From Tubulanus polymorphus (Eukaryota > Animalia > Nemertea), in the NCBI RefSeq assembly GCF_964204645.1, contig NC_134027.1, positions 20,980,560 through 21,044,559 on the forward strand: a stretch of DNA of 64,000 bases, read 5' to 3'. How positions within the stretch are numbered: position 1 is the first letter of the stretch; each line of letters starts with the position of its first letter. Made by a program: the position numbers and the translations under genes. The notes below the pieces were generated by a model. That model was not told the origin of the DNA. It worked only from the letters and a program-made list of their open reading frames with translations, and searched no databases. Below, one piece after another: positions 63,690 through 64,000 of the stretch.

Positions 63690-64000
63690 TAGACAATGTT
63701 GCCATCTGTGTATTCAAGTTTAACCACAACACCTCAAATAATATGACTGAACCGTAGCCATATTTATATTTCTGGGAATCAGGTCACATGTAACAATATC
63801 GGTGCCATCAATACTGTTAAGAAGTTTGATGCAGAGGGTATCAGACAATAGGCAATGATAGTGTTGCCATCTAAATGGTAATATTCAATGTAATCAGACA
63901 ATGCATTAGTCCTGTTAGCAGTGTCGCCATGCAAGTGTCCATGAAAGCAGTGTCGCCATCTAAGTGGTGAGGTTAAATCTAGTGAATAGGAGACAATCCA
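63690..64000. repeat. Degenerate minisatellite with a GTGTYGCCATC core
   Basis: The core recurs at ~63697, 63801, 63861, 63921 and 63951. Confidence 0.5.

Overview
Eukaryotic, AT-rich, intron- and repeat-rich invertebrate genomic DNA with CpG-rich exons. The gene content looks lophotrochozoan, but the species cannot be fixed from sequence. Left end: an intronless-CDS FRA10AC1 homolog (-) lies head-to-head with a 3-coding-exon, 9-finger C2H2 zinc-finger gene (+). The rest of the window is a fast-evolving cluster of secreted-protein genes that the ORF track largely misses because they are spliced. These are a 131-aa secreted three-finger (Ly6/uPAR) protein with no GPI tail, a secreted protein built from 9 tandem 3-exon MAM modules (lesions confined to modules 3-5), and three paralogous C-type-lectin-like cassettes (one intact, one disrupted, one reduced to its signal exon). 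Also present: a 1-nt-frameshifted FMRFamide-receptor-like GPCR, a relic paralog of it, and the last exon of a membrane-anchored protein at the right edge. Repeats include Helentron-like elements whose ~154-bp internal repeats each carry a CTCF-consensus motif, P-like, MULE-like and Harbinger-like MITEs, LINE/SINE relics, and a Penelope-like end with a minimal hammerhead ribozyme motif. A ~2.2-kb foldback encloses a decayed lectin-like exon. All gene models were spliced by hand from GT/AG signals and reading phase; none has been checked against transcripts or databases.
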